Origin: Rhodospirillaceae bacterium
Lineage (GTDB): Bacteria > Pseudomonadota > Alphaproteobacteria > Rhodospirillales > CALINB01
Reading direction: 5' to 3'
DNA length: 64,000 nt
Assembly (NCBI GenBank): GCA_038114465.1
Contig: JAYNQW010000004.1
Span: 89,528 to 153,527 of the forward strand
Shown one piece after another: positions 1 through 9,114 of the stretch (position 1 is its first letter; every line of letters begins with the position of its first letter). The notes beneath the pieces are model-generated. The model worked only from the letters and a program-made list of their open reading frames with translations, had not been told where the DNA came from and ran no database searches. The translations under genes and the position numbers were made by a program.

Positions 1-2
1 GC

Positions 3-878
3 CTCGGCATTGATTATGAATCCGTTAAAGCCGTAAACCCGGGTATCGTTTACGCCAGCATTTCCGGCTTCGGCCAGGATGGGCCCTATGTCAAACGGCC
101 CGGATTTGATCAAATCGCGCAAGGTGTCGGCGGTTTGATGTCGATCACCGGCGAGCCCGGCAAAGGCCCGATGCGGGTTGGCATTCCGATCTCCGATCTT
201 TGCAGCGGTTTATTTTGTGCCATGGGAATTTTATTGGCCTTGTTGCGCCGGGAGGAAACTGGTGAAGGCCAATGGATCCAAACCTCATTAGTGCAATCCA
301 TGGCCTTCATGCTTGATTTTCAGGCCGCCCGCTGGCTGATGAATGGCGAAGTCCCGCAGCAGGCCGGCAACCGCCATCCGACGGGAACGCCGACGGGCGT
401 CGTCGAAACCAAAGACGGGCACATTAATCTGGCTTCTTCCGGCAAGGTCATGTGGAAAAAACTTTGCATGCTGATGGAATTCGATGACTGGATCGATAAT
501 CCCGATTTCGCCGAAAGCAAGGATAGGTTTCGAAACCGGGAAAAAATATTTGATCGGCTAAACAAAACCATGCGCAAAGAAACAAGCGAATACTGGATCA
601 ACAAACTTAACGACGCGGGCATTCCGGCCGGTGCGATAAACTCCATCGATCAAACATTTAATGATCCGCAAGTGAAACATATCGGCATGTCGCAAAAAGT
701 TTCATCACCGGAGCTTGGTGAAATCGAACTTGTGGCTCAGCCGATTAAGATGAGCGACTCGACAAGCACGATTAACACACCGGCCCCTGAGCGCGGCGAG
801 CACACCGATGAAATTCTCACCGAACTGGGCATAAGCGCCGATGAAATCAAAGATCTACGGTCCCGAACCGTTATTTAG
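3..878 (+). CDS. CoA-transferase family III (CaiB/BaiF type), N-terminus cut by window edge
   Basis: The frame is open from base 3. The translation LGIDYESVKAVNPGIVYASISGFGQDGPYVKRPGFDQIAQGVGGLMSITGEPGKGPMRVGIPISDL aligns position-for-position with the full-length paralog at 10570..11763. Confidence 0.85.
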   Translation, partial: LGIDYESVKAVNPGIVYASISGFGQDGPYVKRPGFDQIAQGVGGLMSITGEPGKGPMRVGIPISDLCSGLFCAMGILLALLRREETGEGQWIQTSLVQSMAFMLDFQAARWLMNGEVPQQAGNRHPTGTPTGVVETKDGHINLASSGKVMWKKLCMLMEFDDWIDNPDFAESKDRFRNREKIFDRLNKTMRKETSEYWINKLNDAGIPAGAINSIDQTFNDPQVKHIGMSQKVSSPELGEIELVAQPIKMSDSTSTINTPAPERGEHTDEILTELGISADEIKDLRSRTVI

Positions 879-896
879 AGGAAAGGAATAAACGTC

Positions 897-1721
897 ATGG
901 CACCCGATGCAGTTGAAGAAATCGATGACATCGAAGAATATAATAAAATTGTTTATGAAACCGACGGTCCTGTCGCCAAAATTATTTTTAATAACCCTGA
1001 TCGCCGGAACGCCGTTTCGCCGGACATGATGCGGGCGGTCGACGCGGCCCTCGATAAGGTGATCGAGGACGATTCCGTTCGTGTGCTCGTGATTACCGGT
1101 GCCGGCGGCAAGTCATTTATCTCCGGCAGTGATATTTCCAAGTTTGACAAGCACCGTTCTTCACCCGAGCAAGTCGAAGCTTACAATCAACGCAGCAATC
1201 GCGTGCATGAAAAAATCGAGGGGATGGACAAGCCGACCATTGCCATGATCAACGGCTTTTGCATTGGCGGTGGCGCCGGATTTGCCCTCGATTGCGATAT
1301 CCGCATATGTTCAACGAAATCCCAATTTGGAATCCCGGCTGTTAAGCTGGGTCTTGGTTACCGGTATTCCAGCGTAAACCGCCTCTCCGAAATTGTCGGG
1401 CCTGCTTTTGCAAAGTTAATTTTGTTTACCGGCAGCCGGTTTACAGCCGAGGAAGCCTATCACATGGGCTTGGTTCACAAAGTCGTACCGGAAGAAGAGC
1501 TTGAAAGCACGGTGATGGAATTTGCCGAAACCATCGGCGGCAACGCGCCGTTAACGCTGAAATCCATCAAGACGATCATCAATAACATCGTTAAAGACCC
1601 GGACGACCGCGACATGGAAGAAGTCGAGCGTCAAATCGATGCGTGCTTCAAAAGCGAAGACTACATCGAAGGCCGCAAGGCATTCATGGAAAAACGCATT
1701 CCGCAATTTAAAGGAAAATAA
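897..1721 (+). CDS. Enoyl-CoA hydratase/isomerase (crotonase superfamily)
   Basis: 274 aa. Crotonase motifs VLVITGAGGKSFISGSDI and INGFCIGGGAGFALDCDIR. It starts 18 bp after the CoA-transferase stop and is a paralog of 9755..10543. Confidence 0.85.
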   Translation: MAPDAVEEIDDIEEYNKIVYETDGPVAKIIFNNPDRRNAVSPDMMRAVDAALDKVIEDDSVRVLVITGAGGKSFISGSDISKFDKHRSSPEQVEAYNQRSNRVHEKIEGMDKPTIAMINGFCIGGGAGFALDCDIRICSTKSQFGIPAVKLGLGYRYSSVNRLSEIVGPAFAKLILFTGSRFTAEEAYHMGLVHKVVPEEELESTVMEFAETIGGNAPLTLKSIKTIINNIVKDPDDRDMEEVERQIDACFKSEDYIEGRKAFMEKRIPQFKGK

Positions 1722-1730
1722 ATCACTCCC

Positions 1731-2789
1731 TTAAAGGGCGTCGACGATGGCCTGCCCGAGTTCCTGCGTGCTGGCCTTGCCGCCCATATCGGGCGTCATG
1801 GCAATCTTATCTTTAAGGACGATCTCGATTGCTTTGACAATTTGATCGGCCGCGTCCTTATGGCCGAGATGTTCAAGCATCATTGCCCCCGACCATATTT
1901 GGCCGATCGGATTGGAAATATTTTTTCCGGCAATGTCGGGGGCCGATCCGTGTACCGGCTCAAACATTGAGGGAAATTCTTTTTCCGGATTAATATTACC
2001 ACCCGGAGCAATCGCGATTGTGCCGGTTGCCGCCGGACCCAGGTCGGACAAGATATCGCCGAACAAATTACTGCCGACAACGACATCGAACCAATCCGGG
2101 TTGCGCACAAAATGCGCGGTGAGAATATCGATGTGAAATTGATCGGTTTTAATGTCAGGGTATTGCTCAGCAACCGCGGCGAACCGCTCATCCCAATAGG
2201 GCATGGTATGTTTAATGCCGTTTGATTTTGTTGCGGACGTTACATGTTTGGCCTCGCGTGATTTGGCAAGTTCAAACGCATATTTGATAATCCGGTCCGT
2301 CCCTTTACGCGTAAAAATGCTCAACTGCGAAACTTGCTCTTCATCTGTATCGGCGTACAACCGGCCGCCGATTTCAGAGTATTCCCCTTCATTATTTTCG
2401 CGCACCACATAAAAATCGATATCACCCGGCTTACGGCCTATGAGCGGACACGGCACCCCTTCGAAGAGACGTACAGGGCGCAGGTTCACGTATTGCTGGA
2501 ACTCGCGCCTGATCGGTATCAACAAACCCCACAACGAGACGTGATCCAAGACGCCCGGGAAACCGACAGCCCCGAGATAAATAGCATCATGACCCCGAAT
2601 TTGATCGAGTCCATCATCCGGCATCATCTGCCCGGTTTTAGCATAAACCTCGCAACTCCAATCGAACTCGTCCCAGGTAAAATTGATGCCTAATTTTCCA
2701 CCGATCGTATCCATAACGCGAATACCCTCGGGGACAACCTCCTTGCCGATGCCATCGCCGGGAATAACGGCAATTTTATAATCACTCAT
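1731..2789 (-). CDS. Tartrate dehydrogenase/decarboxylase-like (D-malate/tartrate branch of the isopropylmalate/isocitrate dehydrogenase family)
   Basis: 352 aa. Motifs IAVIPGDGIGKEVVPEG, YVNLRPVRLFEG and NLFGDILSDLGPA are typical of beta-decarboxylating dehydrogenases of the TtuC/DmlA type. Confidence 0.8.
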   Translation of the reverse strand: MSDYKIAVIPGDGIGKEVVPEGIRVMDTIGGKLGINFTWDEFDWSCEVYAKTGQMMPDDGLDQIRGHDAIYLGAVGFPGVLDHVSLWGLLIPIRREFQQYVNLRPVRLFEGVPCPLIGRKPGDIDFYVVRENNEGEYSEIGGRLYADTDEEQVSQLSIFTRKGTDRIIKYAFELAKSREAKHVTSATKSNGIKHTMPYWDERFAAVAEQYPDIKTDQFHIDILTAHFVRNPDWFDVVVGSNLFGDILSDLGPAATGTIAIAPGGNINPEKEFPSMFEPVHGSAPDIAGKNISNPIGQIWSGAMMLEHLGHKDAADQIVKAIEIVLKDKIAMTPDMGGKASTQELGQAIVDAL

Positions 2790-2821
2790 TTTATGTCCTG
2801 ATTACGGTTAAGCGTTTCGAT

Positions 2822-3607
2822 TTATTCTTCCGCGACAAAGGTATTGCGCAGCACACCGATATTGGTGATTTCAATTTCGCAAACATCGCCCGCTTTCATA
2901 TTGGGCGAAGCACCTTCCGCACCCATCCAAATCACATCGCCCGGATAGAGCGTCAGATAGCGAGTCATGGCGCTGATGTATGTCGGAATATCGAAAATCA
3001 TATTGTTGGTGGGAAATTCAATGGTGGTCTCACCATTGACCTTCACCGTGGTCGTTAATTTATCGAGATCGCCGACATCGGTTTCAATCCACGGCCCCAT
3101 AGGTTTAAAAGTATCCGTGTTTTTGCCGCGCCACATGGTGCGGTCACCCTTCTGCCAATCACGCTCACTGATATCGTTGCCAATGGTGTAACCGAATACG
3201 CAGGATAGTGCATCTTCCTTGGACAAATGCTTCGCTTTCTTACCGATTACGGCAACAATCTCACCTTCATAGTGAACCTGCTCACCGGCGTCTTTCGGAA
3301 TAACGACATTTTCCTCATGGCCGATCATGGCATTCACCGCGCGATATCCGATGTCAGGCTTTTCGGGGATGTTAGGCTCTTTGCCGATTCGTTTGGCGGT
3401 TTTGATCACATGTTCGGCGTAATTCAAACCGGCGGCATAAAAGGTCGGCGGAATGACCGGCGGCAGCCATTTGATATCATTCACGGAAACCGTATTGCCT
3501 GTTTTTTCCGGGTTTTCCCAGGGGATACCGTTCACTTCCTCAATCGTATCGCCGTCAACAATACCGTACGAAATTTTGCCCTTATGATCGTATCGCGCCC
3601 AACGCAT
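2822..3607 (-). CDS. Fumarylacetoacetate hydrolase (FAH) family protein
   Basis: 261 aa. FAH-fold motifs HYEGEIVAVIGKKA, GYTIGNDISERDWQ and PGDVIWMGAEG. Confidence 0.8.
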   Translation of the reverse strand: MRWARYDHKGKISYGIVDGDTIEEVNGIPWENPEKTGNTVSVNDIKWLPPVIPPTFYAAGLNYAEHVIKTAKRIGKEPNIPEKPDIGYRAVNAMIGHEENVVIPKDAGEQVHYEGEIVAVIGKKAKHLSKEDALSCVFGYTIGNDISERDWQKGDRTMWRGKNTDTFKPMGPWIETDVGDLDKLTTTVKVNGETTIEFPTNNMIFDIPTYISAMTRYLTLYPGDVIWMGAEGASPNMKAGDVCEIEITNIGVLRNTFVAEE

Positions 3608-3654
3608 GGCTTATTCTCCCTTATTTGAATTTTCTTCATGGGTTAAAACATTTT

Positions 3655-3975
3655 CTACCACATCAGCACAACAAATAATCCGACACCCGCTAAAACGCCC
3701 CATAAAATTGACCGCCGGGCCAGATAAAAGACCGCCAAGGCAGCACCAGCACCAGCCAGACGAATATCAAATGTTGCTTCCTGCAGCGTTCCGATAGGCA
3801 GAATAAGCATGCGCGCTACCAAACCGGCGATCAGGGCGTAGGCGATACAACTTACCCAATCAAAAACAGGACTGGTTGTTTCAAGCTGACCTGAGAAAGT
3901 AACACCGAGGGCCCGCCACATGTAGGTCGCAAGACCGGCACATAACGCCAACAACCAAGGCCAATACTCATCCAT
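3655..3975 (-). CDS. azlD: AzlD-like branched-chain amino acid transport protein, small subunit
   Basis: 106-aa polytopic hydrophobic protein. Its start overlaps the stop of the upstream AzlC-like gene by 8 bp. Confidence 0.65.
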   Translation of the reverse strand: MDEYWPWLLALCAGLATYMWRALGVTFSGQLETTSPVFDWVSCIAYALIAGLVARMLILPIGTLQEATFDIRLAGAGAALAVFYLARRSILWGVLAGVGLFVVLMW

Positions 3976-4744
3976 GGCCCTGCCCTTTCAACTTCATCGC
4001 CCGTTTGTTCATCATTCTGCCGCACACAAACCCGGCACTGCCTGCCACCAAACCCGTAGCGATTAACCCCCAATCCGGCGAAACAAGGTGAAAAAGCGGC
4101 CCCAATACCGCGCCCAAAACGGTCGCAATCGCGATTGATGGTTTGCTAATGCCGGCAAGGACAAGCAGCATGAAAAATATGGGATTGAGAAAGACCAATC
4201 CCAACGAAACCGGCCGCGGCACCGCACCCGCCAAAAAGTATCCCAAAGCCGCGCTCAACATGCCAGCGAACCAAATCGTCAGCGCAAATCCTAAATAATA
4301 AGGGAACCGTTCCTCACGTGGCATCAACGGCCCCCGTTGGATCAAATAGGCCCAACTGTTGATTGATAATAAATGGGCAGACAAGTAATAACGCCATGAC
4401 GGAACACCCGGATCACGAATGATCGGCATAACAGTGACAACCATCGGTAAAAACCGAACGTTTACCAATGACACGGTTGCCGTAATTACCAACAAGGACG
4501 CGCCCGTGCCGTAGAGTTCGATCATGGCGATCTGCCCCGGCAGCGCCCATGTGATGAATGTCGAAAACACGGCCAGCCAGACCGACAAATCGCTGTCACG
4601 AATCAGCGACCCGAACCCTAAATAACTGGCACTGAGGGCAAGGACCGGAATGCCGCATGCGGACACCGCACCGCCGAAGAAGGCGGACCTAAATGAGCCA
4701 TACTCATATTTATATGCCGATTGCTGTTCTTGATGGGGTGACAT
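3968..4744 (-). CDS. azlC: AzlC-like branched-chain amino acid transport protein, large subunit
   Basis: 258-aa multi-TM protein paired with the AzlD-like gene in the classical azlCD arrangement. Confidence 0.7.
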   Translation of the reverse strand: MSPHQEQQSAYKYEYGSFRSAFFGGAVSACGIPVLALSASYLGFGSLIRDSDLSVWLAVFSTFITWALPGQIAMIELYGTGASLLVITATVSLVNVRFLPMVVTVMPIIRDPGVPSWRYYLSAHLLSINSWAYLIQRGPLMPREERFPYYLGFALTIWFAGMLSAALGYFLAGAVPRPVSLGLVFLNPIFFMLLVLAGISKPSIAIATVLGAVLGPLFHLVSPDWGLIATGLVAGSAGFVCGRMMNKRAMKLKGQGHG

Positions 4745-4961
4745 AAATTTTTTGGAAGCCGATTAAGCATAATGATTAGGAATATAGGTGAAGGTATAGA
4801 ACCAGTCTGTTATTTTAAAAATGAAGAATTTTCTGTTCTCCGAGCAAATCAGCACACTGCCAATGCTCAAAACTTAAAAATATCAATTACTTCGGGGCTA
4901 TGCGAACCCGGTCCTGTTTATGGTACAGTGTTTTGGATAAGATAATTTGGACGGTACGATA

Positions 4962-5303
4962 ATGGCGCGTGGAGAAAACACACCCCCACCCCGGTATCAC
5001 GATCTTGGAGGACGCATGGCAGGTGCTATCGAAAAAACGGACCATATTCTCGAACCCTGGGAAAAGCGCGTCGATGTCCTGCGCAATCTTTTAGGGGATA
5101 AAACACGCCAAGTCCTAACAACAGACGAACTTCGCAACGCCATCGAAAACCTTGGCGAAAAAGCATACGATGATCATAGCTATTACGAACGTTGGATGGC
5201 GGCCTTGATGAATATTTTAAAAGATAAAGGTATGTTGACGCAGGACGAAATCGATCAACGCATGGCCGATATCCGTAGCCGCCTTGGTTTGGAGGAAGCA
5301 TAA
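4962..5303 (+). CDS. Nitrile hydratase beta-subunit N-terminal-half-like protein, copy 1
   Basis: 113 aa from the ATG at 4962 (the ORF track begins at a TTG at 4947). PPPRYHDLGG start, TTDELR and SYYERWMAAL resemble the first half of NHase beta. The stop overlaps the next start (TAATG). Confidence 0.75.
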   Translation: MARGENTPPPRYHDLGGRMAGAIEKTDHILEPWEKRVDVLRNLLGDKTRQVLTTDELRNAIENLGEKAYDDHSYYERWMAALMNILKDKGMLTQDEIDQRMADIRSRLGLEEA

Positions 5304-5650
5304 TGCCGAACCGCCCGCCACCACGTTATCACGATCTCGGCGGCCAAGATGCCGGACCGATTGAAATGGAAGAACACACCATCAAACCTTGGGTGCGCCG
5401 TTCCGATGCAGTCAAAAGCTTGCTATCCGATAAAAAGCGGCGTTTTTTAACAACTGACGAAACTCGCCACGAACTTGAAACCATGGGCGAAAACTTATAC
5501 TTCGGCTTGGAGTATGGCGAGCGGCGAATGATTGCGCTGATGAATGTCCTCACGAACAAAGGACTTCTAAGCCAAGAAGAGATCGATCAAAAAATTGAAG
5601 AAATATACGCACGCCTTGGTATCGAAAAGAAAATCGAGAAAAGCGCATGA
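5303..5650 (+). CDS. Nitrile hydratase beta-subunit N-terminal-half-like protein, copy 2 (possible beta-like accessory/activator)
   Basis: 115 aa. Paralog of copy 1 (RPPPRYHDLGG, TTDETR, EYGERRMIAL). It is translationally coupled on both sides (TAATG and ATGA overlaps). Confidence 0.7.
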   Translation: MPNRPPPRYHDLGGQDAGPIEMEEHTIKPWVRRSDAVKSLLSDKKRRFLTTDETRHELETMGENLYFGLEYGERRMIALMNVLTNKGLLSQEEIDQKIEEIYARLGIEKKIEKSA

Positions 5651-5931
5651 CAAACCAATTTAGTGTCGGTGATGAAATTATCGTTCGGGAGGCCTTCCCC
5701 CAGGGTCATATCCGCACGCCCCATTACATTCGAGGCAAAGAAGGCGTAATCACGGAAGTCCTCGGCGAGTACAACAACCCCGAAGAACTGGCCAAAGGCA
5801 TCAGAGATGCCCCGAAGAAAACCCTCTACCGGGTAAGGTTTGCACAAAAAACCGCTTGGCCGGATTACGATGGCCCTGAGAAGGATACGCTCGACCTCGA
5901 CATCTACGAGCATTGGCTCGAGGCAAAATAA
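5647..5931 (+). CDS. Nitrile hydratase beta-subunit C-terminal (SH3-like) half
   Basis: 94 aa. FSVGDEIIVRE, GHIRTPHYIRGKEGVI, LYRVRF and YEHWLE match the C-terminal domain of NHase beta. Confidence 0.75.
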   Translation: MTNQFSVGDEIIVREAFPQGHIRTPHYIRGKEGVITEVLGEYNNPEELAKGIRDAPKKTLYRVRFAQKTAWPDYDGPEKDTLDLDIYEHWLEAK

Positions 5932-5951
5932 AATACCAGGGAGAAAAATAG

Positions 5952-7253
5952 ATGACACACCCATCGGAGATGACCGTTCGCACCGCAAGGCAGGCCATTA
6001 AAAGCGGTCAACTCACATCGGAAAGTTTGGTGCGGGCCTATGCTGAGCGCATCGAAGAACGGGATGTCGACGTTAAAGCATGGGCATATTTTAATACCGA
6101 TCAGGCAATCGCCGCGGCCCAAGCCAGCGACAAGGCCGGGAACAAAGGTCCGATTGGCGGTATCCCTGTCGGCGTTAAGGATATTATCGACACCTTCGAT
6201 ATGCCGACCGAATACGGCTCACCCATTTTCAAAGGCAATCAGCCATCATCGGACGCAACCTGTGTTGCTTTAACGCGCGATGCGGGCGGTATCATCATGG
6301 GTAAAACGGCGACGACTGAGTTTGCCCATCAATTCCCGGCACCGACCCGCAACCCGCACAACACAGCCCACACGCCGGGGGGATCTTCAAGCGGCTCCGG
6401 CGCGGGCGTCGCCTCGTTCATGATTCCGCTGGCCTTCGGCACACAAACCGGCGGCTCGGTCATCCGCCCGGCCGCATTTTGCGGCGTCGTCGGCTACAAA
6501 CCGACATATGGCGAATTCGGTTTGAAAGGCGTGAAAGAAAACGCCCTGAGTTGCGATACCGTCGGCCTTTATGCCCGCTCTGTCGATGACATTGCTTTAT
6601 TCCGGGGGGCCTTATTGAAAAGCGATACGTCACCCCTGGCTGGAATTCCTTTGAATGGGCTCAAAATCGGTGTTTGCCGCTCTCATGCGTGGGACCAAGC
6701 CGACGAAACGACAAAAAATTGCATTGCCGAAGCAGCATCGCAATTATCCAAAGCGGGGGCAAACGTCAGCGATTACGACATGAGCGAAGCCGTCACCCTT
6801 TGTTCAAAATCGGCCAAAAGAACACGCAGTTACGAATTGCGGCGTTCCTTGGCTTATGAGTTCGCCAATCATTATGAAAAGATTAGTAAGGTTTGCCGCG
6901 AAGGTCGCCCAAAAGACGGCGAAAGTATTTCCCACGAACAATACCGCGAGGATCTCGCTCAAATGGCAAAATCCCGGTTGGCCTTTGCCGATGAAACCGC
7001 CGGGTATGACTTTCTCATCACACCATCGGCCACCGGCGAGGCGCCGAAAGGCTTGGAAACAACCGGCAATTCGGCCTTCAACGATATCTGGACGGCACTG
7101 CATGTGCCGACAGCCACAATACCGGCATTTAGCGGACCCAATAATTTACCCATCGGCCTTCAAGTTGTCGGCCATTACACACAAGATCAGCGGATGCTGG
7201 AGGCGGCACAGTCCGTTGCGTTCGCCCTCAATATTTACGAAAAAGCGGCATAA
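5952..7253 (+). CDS. Amidase (amidase-signature family)
   Basis: 433 aa. Amidase-signature stretch GGSSSGSGAGVA preceded by GIPVGVKD. It lies between the NHase beta pieces and the alpha subunit. Confidence 0.85.
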   Translation: MTHPSEMTVRTARQAIKSGQLTSESLVRAYAERIEERDVDVKAWAYFNTDQAIAAAQASDKAGNKGPIGGIPVGVKDIIDTFDMPTEYGSPIFKGNQPSSDATCVALTRDAGGIIMGKTATTEFAHQFPAPTRNPHNTAHTPGGSSSGSGAGVASFMIPLAFGTQTGGSVIRPAAFCGVVGYKPTYGEFGLKGVKENALSCDTVGLYARSVDDIALFRGALLKSDTSPLAGIPLNGLKIGVCRSHAWDQADETTKNCIAEAASQLSKAGANVSDYDMSEAVTLCSKSAKRTRSYELRRSLAYEFANHYEKISKVCREGRPKDGESISHEQYREDLAQMAKSRLAFADETAGYDFLITPSATGEAPKGLETTGNSAFNDIWTALHVPTATIPAFSGPNNLPIGLQVVGHYTQDQRMLEAAQSVAFALNIYEKAA

Positions 7254-7264
7254 AGGAATCGACA

Positions 7265-7912
7265 ATGGCAAGCCATGATCACGGCGACCATGATCACGAA
7301 CATGATCATGACAAAACATTTCAACCCGACGAGGAAGAAAGCCTCGGTCATTACGGTATTGCCGAAATGGCCGTGCGTGAACTGCTGCTTGAGCGCGGCG
7401 TTTTCACGGAAGATGAATTTAGATCGAAACTCGAGAAACTCGATAGCATTACGCCGGCGCTCGGCGCTAAGGTAATCGCCCGCGCCTGGACCGATCCAGA
7501 CTTTAAAAAGCGCTTGCTTGAAAACGGTTCCGAGGCGGTCAAGGACTTTGGTGTCGAGATGGGTTCGGTCGAGCTTTATGTCGTCGAGAACACACCCAAC
7601 GTTCACAATGTCATTGTGTGCACACTGTGCTCATGTTATCCGCGGCCCCTGCTTGGCGCACCGCCCGATTGGTACAAAAGCCGCAATTACCGGTCCCGCA
7701 CGGTCCGTGAGCCTCGTAAAGTACTGCAAGAATTTGGCACTGCTATATCCGATGATATTGAAGTCCGCGTGCACGATAGCGCCGCCGACCTGCGCTACTT
7801 GGTTCTGCCCATGCGCCCGTCGGGAACGGAAGATTATTCGGAAGAGCAACTCGAAGAATTGGTTAACCGGGACTCGATGATCGGCGTGACGGAAATCAAA
7901 TTTCCCCAATAA
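7265..7912 (+). CDS. nthA: Nitrile hydratase alpha subunit, cobalt type, with His/Asp-rich N-terminal extension
   Basis: 215 aa. Metal-binding VCTLCSCYPRPLLGAPPDWYKSRNYRSR (Thr in C-T-L-C-S-C indicates the Co type). C-terminal LPMRPSGTEDYSEEQLEELVNRDSMIGV. The N-terminus is MASHDHGDHDHEHDHD. Confidence 0.9.
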   Translation: MASHDHGDHDHEHDHDKTFQPDEEESLGHYGIAEMAVRELLLERGVFTEDEFRSKLEKLDSITPALGAKVIARAWTDPDFKKRLLENGSEAVKDFGVEMGSVELYVVENTPNVHNVIVCTLCSCYPRPLLGAPPDWYKSRNYRSRTVREPRKVLQEFGTAISDDIEVRVHDSAADLRYLVLPMRPSGTEDYSEEQLEELVNRDSMIGVTEIKFPQ

Positions 7913-7934
7913 AGCGGGCTCGGAAGGAATAGCA

Positions 7935-8846
7935 ATGCGGGTCATCTCACTCATCCCCAGCGCAACGGAAATCGTCGCGGCTCTCGGCTGCGCCGATCAA
8001 CTCGTCGGCCGGTCGCATGAATGTGATTTTCCAGAAAGCGTGAAAAAATTGCCAATATGCACGGCGCCGCGTTTGGATTTATCGGGATCGAGTGCGGATA
8101 TCGATAAACGCGTCAAAGATGCATTAAAAACGGCGATTGCCGTCTATGAAGTCGATGCCGAACTGCTGGAGGCACTGGACCCGGATGTCATCATCACGCA
8201 AAGCCAATGCGAAATTTGCGCCGTCAGCCTCAAAGATGTTGAAGCTGCCGTTTGCGACTGGACGGGTAAAAACGTTCAAATCGTTTCATTGGAACCGATG
8301 AGCCTCAATGATGTTTTTGAAGATATCAAACGGGTCGCCGCGGCCTTAAATGTTGAAACCGCGGGCGAGGGCCTAATCAAGAACATGAAGGGCCGAATTT
8401 CAGCCATTCAAGAAAAAACAAAAAATCTTCCAACGCATCCTAGAATTGCCTGCATTGAATGGACCGAGCCAATGATGGCTGCGGGCAACTGGGTACCGGA
8501 AATGGTTGCCATCGCCGGCGGTCAGGACCCCCTCGGCAAAGCCGGCGAACATTCACCTTGGATGGGCTGGGACGAGCTTCTTGAAGCAAAACCGGATGTC
8601 GTCGCGTTTATGCCCTGTGGCTACGATTTAACACGGACAAAGTCAGAAACGGATAGTGTCGTAAACGAACCTCAGTGGCAGGAACTGCCGGCCGTCAAAC
8701 AAGGCCGCACCTACATCACCAACGGCAGTGATTTTTTTAACCGCCCCGGCCCTCGATTGATCGAGTCCTTAGAAATCTTGGCGGAAATTCTTCACCCCGA
8801 GACCTTCCAGTTTGGCCACGAAGGCAAGGGCTGGCGCCCCCTTTAA
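7935..8846 (+). CDS. BtuF/TroA-like (class 8) substrate-binding-fold protein lacking a signal peptide
   Basis: 303 aa. It begins directly with the conserved MRVISLIPSATEIVAALGCADQLVG strand-helix of cobalamin/siderophore binding proteins, with no N-terminal hydrophobic leader. It starts 22 bp after the NHase alpha stop. Confidence 0.7.
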   Translation: MRVISLIPSATEIVAALGCADQLVGRSHECDFPESVKKLPICTAPRLDLSGSSADIDKRVKDALKTAIAVYEVDAELLEALDPDVIITQSQCEICAVSLKDVEAAVCDWTGKNVQIVSLEPMSLNDVFEDIKRVAAALNVETAGEGLIKNMKGRISAIQEKTKNLPTHPRIACIEWTEPMMAAGNWVPEMVAIAGGQDPLGKAGEHSPWMGWDELLEAKPDVVAFMPCGYDLTRTKSETDSVVNEPQWQELPAVKQGRTYITNGSDFFNRPGPRLIESLEILAEILHPETFQFGHEGKGWRPL

Positions 8847-8847
8847 C

Positions 8848-9114
8848 ATGAATGAAAAAAAAGCAACCCCAGTCCTTTGGATGGAAGCAGACGGTTCCCC
8901 AATATCTTGCGAAGAAAAAATCAAGGTCTTGGACGAAAACCTGGAGGAAATAAAACAGGTTTGCCAGGATGCGTTCGAAGATGCCGTTCTGATGGGATGC
9001 GATGAAACAAAAGTGCGGGAAATATTTAAATCCGTTATTAGCAAAATTGACAATCCCTATTCACAACAAGGGCCGAAAAAAAATGCCGATAACAATAAAC
9101 CCGTTCGATGCTGA
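8848..9114 (+). CDS. Hypothetical small acidic protein
   Basis: 88 aa from the ATG at 8848, one base after the upstream stop. No recognisable motif. Its end overlaps the start of the RraA-like gene. Confidence 0.4.
   Translation: MNEKKATPVLWMEADGSPISCEEKIKVLDENLEEIKQVCQDAFEDAVLMGCDETKVREIFKSVISKIDNPYSQQGPKKNADNNKPVRC

Noticed and set aside
5587-5988. 133-aa minus-strand ORF across the NHase beta-C half / amidase junction
   Set aside because: It is antisense to two translationally organised, motif-bearing genes and has no features of its own.
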